The translations under genes were made by a program, and so were the position numbers. This document shows positions 25,916-39,135 of a stretch of 64,000 nucleotides of DNA, piece by piece. The stretch's first letter is position 1. Each line of letters opens with the position of its first letter. This stretch comes from Octopus vulgaris (lineage: Eukaryota). The notes beneath the pieces are model-generated. The model did not search any database and was not told the origin of the DNA. It saw only the letters and a list, made by a program, of their open reading frames with translations. The DNA lies in contig OX597821.1 of assembly GCA_951406725.2 (NCBI GenBank), positions 2,356,001 to 2,420,000 of the forward strand, read 5' to 3'.

Positions 25916-26445
25916 TATAGATATATATATATATAGATATATATATATACATTCATATAAATTATTGATAGAGTGAGTGATCGATTGATTGCAAGGGACA
26001 TAGTTGCGCGTTCGTTGTCATATATCTAGCTTTGTAGGAATTACATAGCATTTATATATGTAAAAGTAGGAATAAAGTGTTAGGAAGGATTACCACAGGT
26101 GAAACAGGTTACTTAGTACATGCAATAAAAAATTTTATTTCTTCACTCATGAGATTAACGATATTCAGTGACCTATAGTCACGTAGAAATGTCCCCACGT
26201 ATGTTTTGGATATGTGCTGGAATTTTTGTAATTACAATATCTCTAAATCATTTACTATCTTTACAGCTCTCTATCCATGCCTATTACAATCACTCCCATT
26301 TATGAATATATATATATATATAACACGTATCAGCATATAAATTTATACATTTTGTATGGTTGTGTGTGTAAGAGTGTAGATATATAATTACTTTACACGT
26401 GCACCTTTTTACGATTATTGATACAAATATATATATATATAAATA

Positions 26446-26578
<133 letters not shown>

Positions 26579-27119
26579 ATCAACGCAATACCATAATCTA
26601 AAAATCAATAACCACTGAATGGATGAGAAAACCGTATATTTTGGTGCATATGTGTATCTTTTCGTATCTTGTCAGTTATTTTTCTTTTCTTTATAGCTCT
26701 CATACGCACGAATAATTTCGGGGTTTTATTTACTCAACCTATTATCTCTTTTGCAATCGATAGCAGAAAAAAAAATCACACCTTGAGATATTTTCTGCAT
26801 CTTCATTACACTTCAAACCATATATTTATCACAGTGTTATTCAGTCAACGCCTACATCACCAATATGTTTCCATATTTCTGCTATTTCGGTGATAATCTA
26901 TGAGAGGTTTTGCTTATTTATCTCTCTCTTTCTCTCTCTTTGTCTGTCTGTCTGTCTGCCTCTCTCTGTCTCTCTGTCTCTCTCTTTCTCTTGCCCTGTG
27001 CTCACCGTCTTTCTCTCTGGCACTATATATTTTTACTCTGTTAAGTATGCATACACACACAGACACACACACGCAAACACGCAAGCACCTTTAGATATGT
27101 GCGTATGTATGTATGTACG

Positions 27120-27157
<38 letters not shown>

Positions 27158-27261
27158 TATACATATATATATTTATACATATATATATATTTATCTATTT
27201 ATATATATATATATGTATATGTGTGATTATGAATGCATTAATATATATATATATATATATC

Positions 27262-27292
<31 letters not shown>

Positions 27293-27321
27293 CCATACAT
27301 AAATATATATATATATATATC

Positions 27322-27652
<331 letters not shown>

Positions 27653-28352
27653 CATTATACATTATATATACCTTATATACATTATACATAGACATATTAT
27701 TTTGTTTTCGTAATGGCTGTTTAATTTCTTAGTATAAAGTGTCATAGCGTTTCACCACTGCAGGGGCATTAAACACTTGGACATATATGCATGGACATAT
27801 ATGCTTATATGCACACTGAAACACAAATGGATATGAATAAATGTAGTTACACTTAATCGCCCTTGTCCTGAAATATGCATATTATTAAGATAAATGTATT
27901 TGCATGTGCGTATATGTAACTATAAATTGTGTATATGTCATTACAAATTGTGTATGTAACTATAAATCGTCTGTATAATTATGTGTTTTGTTTGTTTGTT
28001 TTTGTAATATATGCACGCGTAAATGATGTCATATATTAGACATGGCAAACTTAGTGGTAAATCTCGACTCAGAAATGTTTGTATGTTATATTATGTGTGT
28101 ATGAAAGAGGCATCATATGTCAAAACATATGGTATGCAATTATTTGCTGATACATACATACATACATATTTTCACACACAGTCAGGTACACACACCCGCA
28201 CGCAAGTAGGCACACACACATACACACATATAAACGCACACACGCATATATTACCTTTTTCTATTTAGTTTGCAAGGTTTTTTTGCGTGAATTCCTGTGT
28301 CGAAGAATATTTTATTGTATCTAGGGAGAGTCAATCTGTTTTAATGTCTTGT

Positions 28353-28456
28353 TAATTCACACACTCACGGGTTCGATTTCTACTCATTTACTTATTTATT
28401 TATCTTTCCTGTAAATAAGTAAATGAGTGCAAATTTAACCGGTCAGTGTGTTAATT

Positions 28457-28458
<2 letters not shown>
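28353..28458. repeat. Imperfect hairpin (~45-bp arms, ~13-bp loop) abutting (TA)n
   Basis: actcatttacttattta / taaataagtaaatgagt core, extended by cacact..ggtt..attt / aaat..aacc..agtgtg. Confidence 0.75.
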
Positions 28459-28511
<53 letters not shown>

Positions 28512-28554
28512 CAAGGATTATTGCGAAGTAGTACTAGCATTATTTTCATTCTTT

Positions 28555-28601
<47 letters not shown>

Positions 28602-28639
28602 GTGTGTGTATATACATGTAAATGTATATACATGTTAGA

Positions 28640-29860
28640 ACTAAACAGACACCTCATAAAACATCGTTTTATGTTTATTATAACTCGTAATGGTTTATAT
28701 TTCTTATTAATTGACATTTTTCTCTTTCAGATTCTATTTCTGACTCTTTAATCATGTCATGGAAGAAGCCTTGGAACTGTCTGAATTTCAAAGAGGCTTT
28801 ATTGTGGGTCATTCCGAAGGTTGATATAGTCAACATAAAATCGCAGAAGACCTTGGGATACCGCTTTCTACAGTTAATAGAGTAATTGTACAATTCACCA
28901 GAGAGGGGAAGGATTCCACATCGCCTTCTCCACATCAACCAGGGCCCTCTAACAGAACCCTTCTCTTTGCTAAGAGAAGCGTGGAGGATAATCCTCGTTG
29001 CAAGACCTCTGACATAGCAAAGCATGTTGATGTCAGTCCCAGAACCGCTGTCAGGTATCTCCACAAACTTGGTTAGTTTGGCAGAGCTGGAAGAAGGAAG
29101 CCACATCTTTGACCAGCCAATATGAAGTGGAGAAATGTTTGGGCCAGTGAGATGGTGGAGAGGCCATTAGCAATTTGGGACACTGTCATATTCTCTGATG
29201 AGTCCAGATTTGCTGTATATCCTAACAGTGGTCGAGTGTGGGTCTGGAGACACTGTGATCAAGAATTTGATGTGAAAAGAATGCAACCAGCAATGAAACA
29301 CAGCAGCTATACTGTGATGCTCTGGGGAACAATTTGGAGTAAATGTTGATCAAAGCTAGTGGCGTGTGAGGGAAGGATAAACTCAAATAAATATGCATCC
29401 ATACTGTAGAAAGGACTCCTTCCAAACTTCTCCACTGCTGAAATGATTAAAGAAGATTCTTCATTTATGGAAGATGGGATTCCTTGTCACACAGATAAAA
29501 TGACCCAAGATTTGTTGGGAATGAAGCATTATTATGGAAGCATTAGAAAGCTTCCATAGCCAAACCAGTCACCAGAAATGAACCCTATAGAACACTTCTG
29601 GGGCATAATGGACAGGACATTTCATAAACAGAACAAGAAAGCATCTTCAAAGCCAGATCTTTTGAGATTATTGCATGAAACTTAGAAAGAAATTGCGCAA
29701 GAGAATATTCCCCATCTGATCATTAACATACCCAATAGAGTGCTTGCACTGAAAAATAATGAATTTCATTCCTCTTAATCCTACCTCAGTTCATTTAATT
29801 GTATTTATTTATCGCTACATTCATAAGAAAAGCCTTAATTTTTTTGATATTCAATGTGAA
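28640..29860 (+). mobile_element. Decayed Tc1-like transposon
   Basis: ELSEFQRGFIVG, WDTVIFSDESRF, VMLWG, FMEDGIPCH and QSPEMNPIEHFW motifs, with stops and frameshifts. Confidence 0.85.
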
Positions 29861-30873
29861 TTTTCGCTTCATTTGTTCTTACCCCCCCCCCCCCCCGCCA
29901 TATATATATATGACTCTTTGAACTATCCACGATATTACGTTCGATTGGGGGTAAATTGTTTTCGTTTATAACTCATATGGTGTGACATGGAAAATCTTCT
30001 ACAATAATCTCGTATCTTTTCCACCGTTGTAAGTAAATTCAAGTACGAATGGAAGTGCGTAGAAACATTCTTTTTGCCGGGAAATGCCTTCACTTGCCAA
30101 ATTTTCCATCATTGGTACATCGGTGCCAAATCTGTTTCAACAATTCCGACCAGGTATAAAATTGTTGCGTAAATTCTAAATCATATTTCCTCCCGCCTTT
30201 TCCTACACTGCTTCAAAATGATCATCCATGGTCCGACATAGGCCTGAAGAACGAAATATCAAGAAAAAATACAAATCACCTATGCGACTAAACTTCCTAT
30301 ATAAATCAATATACTCTCATATAAAGAAAGCAATTATGAAATGTGACAAATATAGCCGGAAGAGTATGTTTCTGTCGCCCATTACGAATACATAAACCGT
30401 TGTGTATGTTGGTAGAAGTTAGAGAAAATTAGTTTAGAAATTGTTAATGCAGTGTATACATTAAATCAGTTTAGTACTAGAATCTTGCAGAAACTTTTTC
30501 CAACAAGAGTAATCTATTATCTCTATACTGAGGAAGGAAATTTCAGAATCGCATTTGACTGGCTGGATCTAAAGTGGTGCAATGCAGCTGCAAATTTCAC
30601 CTCATGAAAAAGTGATGTTAACTATTTAAAAATATCATTTGTATTCTTACCTTCATATCTGAATGGATTTTAAATATGCCCACACACACACATGCATAAT
30701 TTCTACAAAGACACGTTTGTCTTATTTTCATTTTCTCCACGAAAGATTTAGTTAAACATTTACATCAAACTCAGCACATAGTTTCTAAACCTGATACATA
30801 TTCTATCGGTCTTTTTTGCCATATAGCTCGGTTAGGTGGACGTAAATAATCCGAAAAGTGGTACACAGATACT

Positions 30874-30950
<77 letters not shown>

Positions 30951-30953
<3 letters not shown>

Positions 30954-31117
30954 CATGATAGATCATTAACTCTCCTTTTTTTTCTGTGTCACTTTCTGTA
31001 GAAGAGCGTAGGATCGAAACGTAAAATACTTTTCTATTCCTGAGCACTATACTAATACATCTATTTGTTTTGTACATCACCTGTCTTTGTCTTTTGTTTC
31101 TTTCGTGAACTCTCGCT
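30951..31117 (+). mobile_element. Neptune-like PLE 3' end between (TA)n tracts, hammerhead-like motif at 30992-31027
   Basis: Aligns by eye to 35846-36046. Confidence 0.8.
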
Positions 31118-31157
31118 ATATATATATATATATATATATATACGTGTGTGTGTGTGT

Positions 31158-31468
31158 GTTAGAAGAAATAAGGTACTCAGAAATCTGGATGGTTTTATAT
31201 TTACAGATTTTTTATTAATACGTCACATGTTAATATATATTATGTATAGAAATATGTTACAAAAAGAAAATAGAGACTACATGTGGAAATTGTAAATGTA
31301 AGAGGAAAAAAATCAGAAATGCACATTGGAAATAAAAAAAATTGTAAAGGCTTCTTATGAAAAGTAGCGATAGATATATACAATTAGACGAACTGAGGTA
31401 GGAATAAAACATTATAAAAGTCTTTATTTTGAATTGTTAAAGAGATATAAATGCCTACCGGTTTCGTA
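31158..31468 (-). mobile_element. Probable PLE 3'-UTR fragment
   Basis: Its right edge contains CGAAACCGGTA on the minus strand, the same half-hammerhead as at 32324-32334. Bounded by microsatellites. Confidence 0.45.
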
Positions 31469-31536
31469 AATTTATATATATATATGTGTGTGTGTGTGTG
31501 AGTGTGTGTGTATGTGTGTGTGTGTGTCTGTGTTTG

Positions 31537-31572
<36 letters not shown>

Positions 31573-31576
<4 letters not shown>

Positions 31577-31872
31577 CGTGACCGACCAGGCTATCAGATG
31601 TTGCTACACATCACTGGTCACAATGCGCTACGCACTGTTTTAGCCTTCAAATGACGTAACCCCGCTGGCTCAGCGATCAGGCCAAGAGAAGAAAGAGTGA
31701 GAAAAAGTTGTGGCGAAAGAGTACAGCAAGGATCGCCACCACCCCCTGCTGGAGCCACGTGGAGTTTTAGGTGTTTTCGCTCAATAACATTCACCACGGC
31801 CGGTCTGGGAATCGAAACCGCGATCCAACAACCGCGAGACCGCTGCCCTAACCACTGGGCCATTGCGCCTCC
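31573..31872 (-). mobile_element. Full-length tRNA-Arg-like SINE (octopus OR-type)
   Basis: Head ggcgcaatggcccagtggttagggcagcgg..tcgcg..gtttcgattccc with A/B boxes. Tail ends in (TA)n. Second copy at 41515-41803. Confidence 0.85.
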
Positions 31873-32085
31873 TATAAAGATAGACGAATTGCCACTAAGC
31901 TATAATTTAGAGCGGTAAGCTATAGCGGTAAGAGCTATAATTTTATTCACTGCCCACTTCCACCATGTTTTAAATAAGTCAGCTCTCTGTGGCTTCTGAG
32001 TTCATCTGAATCCTATTTCTACCATAAAATTATGGTACCTCCCAGTACCATAATATTATATATGTGTATTTACATACATACATAC

Positions 32086-32181
<96 letters not shown>

Positions 32182-32184
<3 letters not shown>

Positions 32185-33530
32185 AAAATAGTAAAGTGTG
32201 AAAAAACGACAGAAGGCTTAAATGTTAAAAAATATATATATTTGTGTCAAAATGTCTGGAGAATATTGGAAAAATTTTTTTCCTTTCCTTAAAATGACAT
32301 AATTTTAAAATTTTTAAAGAAATTACCGGTTTCGCGTGTAGCTTTTCAAATTTCTTGTGACGTTATGTTTATATTGCATGGAATTATCGTTGTTTTTATT
32401 TCCAGGAGATTTCTAAATAAGGGGAGGTAGTGAGTGATTTTTTCCGGTGTAGGGGAGATAATCGCTTAAAAAATTTTTTTCCCATTTCCTTGTTAATTTC
32501 TCTGTGTCAGTATGTTCGGATGGTTGAGTCTGGGTTTGTACTTTTCAATGAAGAATGTTTCCTTGTTCAGTCTCATTTGTGTTGATGATCCGAAAGCACA
32601 TTGGTAAAATGGGAAGATTAAAAATTGTGGCAGTAGTTGCTTTGCGCATTTCTCAATGTGCTCACTAAAAGGTATCATTCTATATTCTGGGAATGCAATC
32701 TGTTGTCGATGCAGTGTGCATCTGCGCCTGAGTGATAGTCCCGTGGAACCCACGTAGTCTTGGTGGCAGCCCGAGCATTTAATAACATAAATTATGTTTT
32801 CAGAGGCACAAGTAAAGTTAGATTTGACCAATTTCCGGAAGAAATACCAAAAAGGATCAGTAAGGAATTCATTACTAAATCAATTGAATTCATCCTACAC
32901 AATAACCACTTCATGTTTGACAATACATTTTACCGTCAAAAATCCGGAATTGCTATGGGTACAAGGGCAGCACCAGTCATTGCGAACTTAACAATGGGAT
33001 ACATGGAAATAATCATTTACCAGGAATCTCTATCAATCTTTGGAAACTCCCTCTCTCAATACATAAAAGAGAATTGGAAACGATTCCTAGACGATTGTTT
33101 CATTCTCTGGAATGAAAACATAGATAAACTCCTAAAATTTAAAAACCTATTGAACAGCATAAACCCAAATATACAGTTCACAATGGAATACAACCAAAAG
33201 GAGCTCCCGTTCTTGGATATACTAATTAAAAAAAATAACCTTAAAATAGAAACAGACATTTTTTACAAAGCCACAGACGCCAAACAATACCTTCTTTTTA
33301 ATTCATGCCACCCAAGACACACTAAAACAAACATCCCCTTCAACCTTGCAAGAAGGATATGCACAATAGTGTCAGAACAAAATACCAGGAACTTTAGACT
33401 GCAAGAACTCAAAAACACCCTAATTGACAGACATTACCCAGCTCAACTCATAGAGGATGGGATCAGACGTGCAACAGAAATCAACATAGAAACTTTAAGA
33501 AAAGTTCAACACAACAACACACCTTCCCCG
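32182..33530. mobile_element. Neptune-like PLE with internal inversion: GIY-YIG + 3' UTR on minus, RT on plus
   Basis: Minus 32493-32831: NIIYVIKCSGC..DYVGSTG..RCTLHRQQI..YKPRLN. Plus ~32820-33530: FYRQKSGIAMGT, RFLDDCF, LPFLD, SCHP, LARRI. Confidence 0.9.
32317..32356 (-). ncRNA. Hammerhead-like motif, TTGAAAA core variant
   Basis: AAGAAAT TTGAAAA GC-TACAC-GC GAAA CCGG TA ATTTCTT: 7-bp stem I, palindromic stem III. Confidence 0.6.
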
Positions 33531-33532
33531 AC

Positions 33533-33850
33533 GCAGGTGACGCTACTGACCGTCTCTGTTCGAAGATTTTAAAGAGACTTAGTAATTTTAATATTTCTAT
33601 TATTGAAAACAAGTGGATGTATTCCACCGTAACTAGGAAAAATCTTCGAACAGAGACGGTCAGTAGCGTCACCTGCAGGTCTGACTACGCTGCATTGAGA
33701 AGGGGCAACAACCCTGAAACATGTCTGTAGCTGTCGGACTAGCAGTTTGAAGCGGCTGACCTCCCCTGTTCGAAGGTTTAATAACGGACGCAGTTTGTGT
33801 GTCAAGTAGCTAGCTTGAGGCGATGGCTTCATGGAGCTAATCAGCGACAG

Positions 33851-33855
<5 letters not shown>
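33533..33855 (+). mobile_element. Terminal unit related to 575-812, with 38-bp inverted repeat and hammerhead-like motif
   Basis: 33533-33570 is the reverse complement of 33639-33676. 33723-33855 is similar to 575-705. 33573-33603 is similar to 784-814. Confidence 0.75.
33689..33731 (+). ncRNA. Hammerhead-like motif, TTGAGAA core variant
   Basis: GCTGCA TTGAGA AGGG-GCAACAA-CCCT GAAA CATG TC TGTAGC: 6-bp stem I with one G-U pair. Predicted cleavage after GUC (33725). Confidence 0.6.
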
Positions 33856-33907
<52 letters not shown>

Positions 33908-33944
33908 TACATACATATATATAAATAAATAACTACATCTATAG

Positions 33945-36044
33945 ACTCCTTCCTCTCTTTCGTTCAATCCTTCCATCCTGCCCTCCACTTCACCTGCACT
34001 ATCGCCAACACCTCTGTCACCTTCCTCGACAGCATTCCTCGACAGCATTCATCACTCCACTTTTACCACCTCCATTCACTACAAACACAGACTCACACTC
34101 ATACCTAAACTTATCTTCGTCCCACTCCAAATACACCAGGCTTTAAATCCCCTATTCCCAATTCCTCCGTCTACGTAGGCTCTGTAGTGACGACTATGAC
34201 TTTGAGACTCAGTCTCAACTCATGGCTCGCCACTTCATCCTACGTGGATACCCCCTCACCACTATCCACACTGCCTTTGCCAGAGCACGTTCCGTAGACC
34301 ATGCATCTGCTCTCTTTCCCCCGAACCAGCCCTGCAGTCTCCCGCCTCCCTTTTCCCCTCACTTACCACCCCACCACCCTACCTCTCCCATGCACCATTC
34401 TTCGAGCTTTGTGGCATCTCCAGTCCGACCCGTCAACTTCACACCTCTTCCCTAACCGACCCCTCCTCTCCTTCAAACGAACCCATAACCTACGAGACCT
34501 CTTGGTCCACAGCTTCTTCCCCAACCCTACCTCCCAACGTGGCTCATTCCCCTGCTCCCGCCCACACTGCCGCACTTGCCCTTACCTCTCCAACACCACC
34601 CTCCTCACTGGCACCCATCATCGACCCTATCGCATCATCGACTCCGTCACCTGCACCTCCAGCAATATCATCTATTGCATCACCTGCTCTCTCTGCCATT
34701 CCCTGTACATCGGACAAACGGGACGCCGCTTGATTGACCGGTTCGCGGAACACCTCCGAGACATCCGCCTCGCCAATGACACTCCAGTCTCACGCCATTT
34801 CCGCTCCAACGGTCACTCCTTGCAACACCTGTGTGTGTTCGGATTGTCCTTGCACAGAAGCCATCTGGATACACGCTTGTGCCGTGAACAGGGATTATTC
34901 TTCTCTCTTCGCTCTTTTACGCCATTTGGGCTCAACTCTCCCCTCTTTTCATCTAGCCTACTTATCTTCACTCCTACATCTTTTCACCCCTACTCTCTTT
35001 CCCTTCTTTCTCTTCTTCCCCCTTCTTCCCTTTCTCTCTTTCTCTCTGCTCCCTGACTCCGCATCTCTCCCTTTACCTCTCCCACCACCTCCCTGCACCT
35101 TCCTTCATCCTCCTCTATCTCCTCCCCACCCCTCCCCCTCTCACCCACTCCTCTCATCTCCCTCTTCCTCCTCTTTCCTCCTCCACCCTCTCACCACTTC
35201 CTCTCATCTCCCTCCTCCTCCTCTTTCCTCATCCCCCTCTCTCCCCCTCCTCACCTCCCCCTCTTCTGTCACCCCCTCACTCTCCCCACATTCCCCGCCC
35301 CCCTATCTTCTCTCCTTCTCCCCCTCTATCCTCTTGTACCCACCTTCCCCCCATGAACCCACCCACCCATACTCCACCTTCCCACCCCTTCCCACCCCTT
35401 CCCCCACTCTACTCCACCCTTCCCCCACTCTACCCAACCCCTTCCCCCACTCTACCCACCCCTTCCCCCACTCTACCCAAACCCCGAGCTGAATCCCCAC
35501 CCCCACCTGTGCTTTCCCCACTCTCGCATTCCCCACCTCCCCACAACATCACAACACACCCCACAGCACGCCGCCCACACACCCATCCCCACATCTTTAC
35601 CCCCACACAAACATACACATATCACATCACAACACAATACCCACACACCCGTCCCCACATCTCCACACCCACACATACATACACCCACACGTCCAGACCA
35701 CCAGCCCTCTTTCGCACGCACTTACATACTCTCTTATACACACACGCACCTTTCTGTAGGGGGCATCTTCGTATTGGAAGTCACTTGTCCCTGTTATCTC
35801 CCCTACTGTCCCTCTCGCGTCTGACCACTGTCTGAAGTTAGGATGCCATGATAGATCGTTGCTCCTACACGCATTTTTCTCTCTCCTTGTTCCTCTCCTT
35901 GTTTTTTTTCTCTGTATCCTTCTGTCGATGAGCGTAGGCTCGAAACGTAAAAGACTTTTCTATTCCTGAACGTTATACTAATACATGTGTTTGTTTGTAC
36001 TCCACCTGCCTTGGTCTTTTGTTTATGTTCGTAAACTTTCCCGT

Positions 36045-36046
<2 letters not shown>
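33945..36046 (+). mobile_element. 5'-truncated Neptune-like PLE (RT C-terminus, Cys-rich linker, GIY-YIG, long C-rich 3' UTR, hammerhead-like motif 35918-35953)
   Basis: FHPALHFT, VTFLD, IPYSQFLRLRRLCS, RGYP, CSRPHCRTC, TCTSSNIIYCITCSLC..YIGQTGRRLIDRFAEH, PFGLN. Frameshifted. (TA)n on both sides. Confidence 0.9.
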
Positions 36047-36094
<48 letters not shown>

Positions 36095-36123
36095 CACACA
36101 AACACACATGTGTTTGTGTGTGT

Positions 36124-36172
<49 letters not shown>

Positions 36173-36785
36173 TGTGTGCGTGTTTATGGGTGTGCGTATG
36201 TACGAATGTAAGTATAACTCTGTACATATGTATTCGCACGGCTATTAATCATTGATATTATTCTGCAGTGAAAACATCCACCGCAGGCGCTTAATTTGAA
36301 TCGGACGAAAGGTGAATGCTAAGAATTTATTTGAAGGCTTCACATGAAAAATGTTTGGCAGCATATGTATGAGATGAGAGATCTTATGTAGGGAGAAGAA
36401 GAATGGTTTAGTATGCCAGTCCATCATCAGTTTTTCGGATTTCTCTACATCTCCATCAATATTATGCATGTCAATGCCACGGGTGGAGAATATGATATTA
36501 AGCTGAAACTTTCAGTATCATTGGCGAAAATTTAAATTCCAATATAGGCGCATATTTCTCAGCGACCATCACATGTAAATCCACAATACGCTGATACTAA
36601 ATTTCGTTCAGCCACTTATATGCATGCGAAAGTCCTACTGTATGTACATGTATGAGAGTTTGTTAACGTGTGTGAATATATAAATGTGTGTATATGTGTA
36701 TCTGTGTGTGTGTTTGAGTTCATGTTTATGAATGGAATGTGAAAATGCGATAGCATGTCAAATCATCAAACACGGTAAATAAATA

Positions 36786-36924
36786 TTCGATCGCTTATTC
36801 GACGGATCCGGCACTTTTCTTGGAAGCTTTCGCCCGCTACTTAGGACCGACTGACCCGTGCTCGACCGCCGTTGGCACGGAATCCTTCTCCATTTCGGTC
36901 TTCGAAGGTCTCGTTCGAATATTT
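36786..36924 (-). pseudogene. 28S (LSU) rRNA fragment
   Basis: cttaggaccgactgaccc...ggaatccttctccatttcgg...tctcgttcgaatattt matches the reverse complement of a conserved eukaryotic LSU segment recalled from memory. Confidence 0.8.
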
Positions 36925-36937
36925 TCTTCTGACACCG

Positions 36938-37052
36938 AGGCATAGGAGAGGATGTGTGGTAAGTAGCTTGCTTACGAACTACATGGTTCCGGGTTCAGAC
37001 CCACTGCGTGGCACCTTGAGCAAATGTCTTCTACTATTGCCTCAGGCCAACA
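36938..37052 (+). mobile_element. 5' part of tRNA/CORE-type SINE
   Basis: gtgtggtaagtagcttgcttac..ggttccgggttcag..ccttgagcaaatgtcttctact. Confidence 0.85.
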
Positions 37053-37150
37053 AAGTTGAAAGGATTGAGAAAAGACAACTTCTGCTACGATCAACAATGA
37101 ATCTACATTCTAAAATTTATCTTGGAAAGGAAAATGAGCATAGAGAGCGG

Positions 37151-37344
37151 GGGTCTCTGTCCCTGTGAAATTTTAAAAAGGTGGCTGATAAACGCAAAAA
37201 TACTTAAATGGATTAATACTAAACAACTTTTAGTTTGCAGTAAGGGTCTCTCTCCCTGTGAAATCTTAAAAATATGGCTGATAAACGCAAAAATATTTAA
37301 ACGAAATGGATTAATACTAAACATGCACTTGTAGTTTGCAGTAA
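37151..37344. repeat. Two-copy ~95-bp tandem duplication
   Basis: gggtctct.tccctgtgaaat..ggctgataaacgcaaaaata..ggattaatactaaaca..tagtttgcagtaa occurs twice. Confidence 0.85.
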
Positions 37345-37602
37345 AACATTTGGGTGATGTCTCGTGTTTTTGTGGTCAGCATAATCATAGATCCCCGAGG
37401 GTCCTTTACAGGCAATAGTTGAAGATTCTCGTGTAACAGGAACACTGGATCATCCATGCGTTCAGATAGGTTTTATGGTACGTTCACTTTTGACTCAACT
37501 GACAAAGCTTTCTATTTTCTTTCGTCTCATATTTTCATGCACACAGCTACACAAAATCTAGACTGACGTTCTCGTGTCAATCCCATCAATGCTACTGTGC
37601 CA

Positions 37603-37660
37603 GATAATAATAATAATAACAACAACAACAACAGCAACAATAATAATAATAATAATAATG

Positions 37661-37750
<90 letters not shown>

Positions 37751-37786
37751 TTGATAATGATAATAATAATGATGATGATGATAATA
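37603..37786. repeat. (AAT)n microsatellite
   Basis: Direct reading. Confidence 0.95.
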
Positions 37787-37829
37787 GCTGACCACGAGAA
37801 GGATTCATAGAAAACAAAAAATGTAAGGG

Positions 37830-37975
37830 TCTGCTATCAGTGTACGTTCTGGGTTCAAATTCTGCCGAGATCGACTTTACCTTTCGTCCTTTTGGGGTCG
37901 ATAAATTAAATATTAATAGTGTACTGGGGTCGATCTAATCATCTGGGCCCCCTACCCACAAAAAATTGAGGCCGG
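37830..37975 (+). mobile_element. Meta-like SINE fragment
   Basis: acgttctgggttcaaattctgccgagatcgactttacctttcgtccttttggggtcgataaatt. Confidence 0.75.
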
Positions 37976-38818
37976 GAAAAGTATATTGTGACAGTTACAG
38001 AATATAGAACGTAATCTAACACTAATGACTATATAATCCAACCAAAATATCTCAGTTACACAAACGTAAATGGAATTACTATTTAACCTTAAGATATATC
38101 GCACATATTCAAAGAACATTAATGTGAAGATTGAAATGCAAAATAACGAAATAATAAATCACACTTATTATTGCACACATGTTTTAAGTATCCTAAACTA
38201 TACACACACAAATACATTCATGTATATGTTTCGAGTTATAGTTGTAATTCAAAGGGACCGGCTTTGTCACATTCTGTGTAAGGCTGCATCTGCCTGAGAA
38301 CCGTGTAAATGTCATGCATTTGTGAGTTAATTTTATCCCCGTGTGGTAATGAAAAGTGAAATTGACAACCAGTATTTACTTCGTCTATGTATCTATGCAT
38401 GGACGTTTCTTTGGATTTATGTATCTGCTGTCTGTTTCACTTTCCATCTTACTCTTTAACTTCCTTTGTGTCCCTCTTCTCTCCCGCTTTTAATTGAACA
38501 ATGTTTATATATATATATCTATGTATCTACTTCTCTTGCGATGTGATAAATATTTAAAAACACAGAACGAAGGCAGTCGTCACTCACTGTCTCTTTCAGT
38601 GTCACTCTCTCTTTCAGTGTCACTCTCTCTTACGTCCTCTCTGAGACATTTAAAAATACAAAACGAACGCTGCCACCACTCACTGTCTTTTTCACTTTCA
38701 CTCTCTTTCTATCTTACTTCCTCTTTGTCCTCTTTTCTCTCTCTCACTTTTCCACTTTTTAAGAAATTGTGACGCACACAACAAGTAGGTACAAAAACAA
38801 AAAATAGCGTTTTAATAT

Positions 38819-38883
<65 letters not shown>

Positions 38884-39028
38884 ATACTACTACTACTAAT
38901 AATAATAATAATAATAATAACAAGATTGATAGAAATACTGAAAATAATAATTACAAGAGTAAGAAATTAATTAAGAATGACCCAACGTAAATCTCCAGGA
39001 TGTCTATTGTAGAAGGGTTTAGAAAAGC

Positions 39029-39135
39029 GTAAAAGTGTATATGTATAGGTATATACAAGTAAAAGTGTATATGTATAGGCATATACATGTAAAAGTGTAT
39101 ATGTATAGGCATATACGTGTAAAAGTGTATGTGTA
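39029..39135. repeat. 30-bp minisatellite, about 3.5 copies
   Basis: gtaaaagtgtatatgtatagg(t/c)atatacNN repeated. Confidence 0.85.

Noticed and set aside
29960-30660. Possible additional decayed mariner-like element
   Set aside because: Only vague similarity. No TIR pair or catalytic motif identified.
31800-31872. tRNA-like sequence
   Set aside because: It is the head of a multicopy SINE, not a tRNA gene.
39029-39135. 30-bp regularly spaced repeats as a CRISPR-like array
   Set aside because: No unique spacers. It is a simple minisatellite in eukaryotic DNA.
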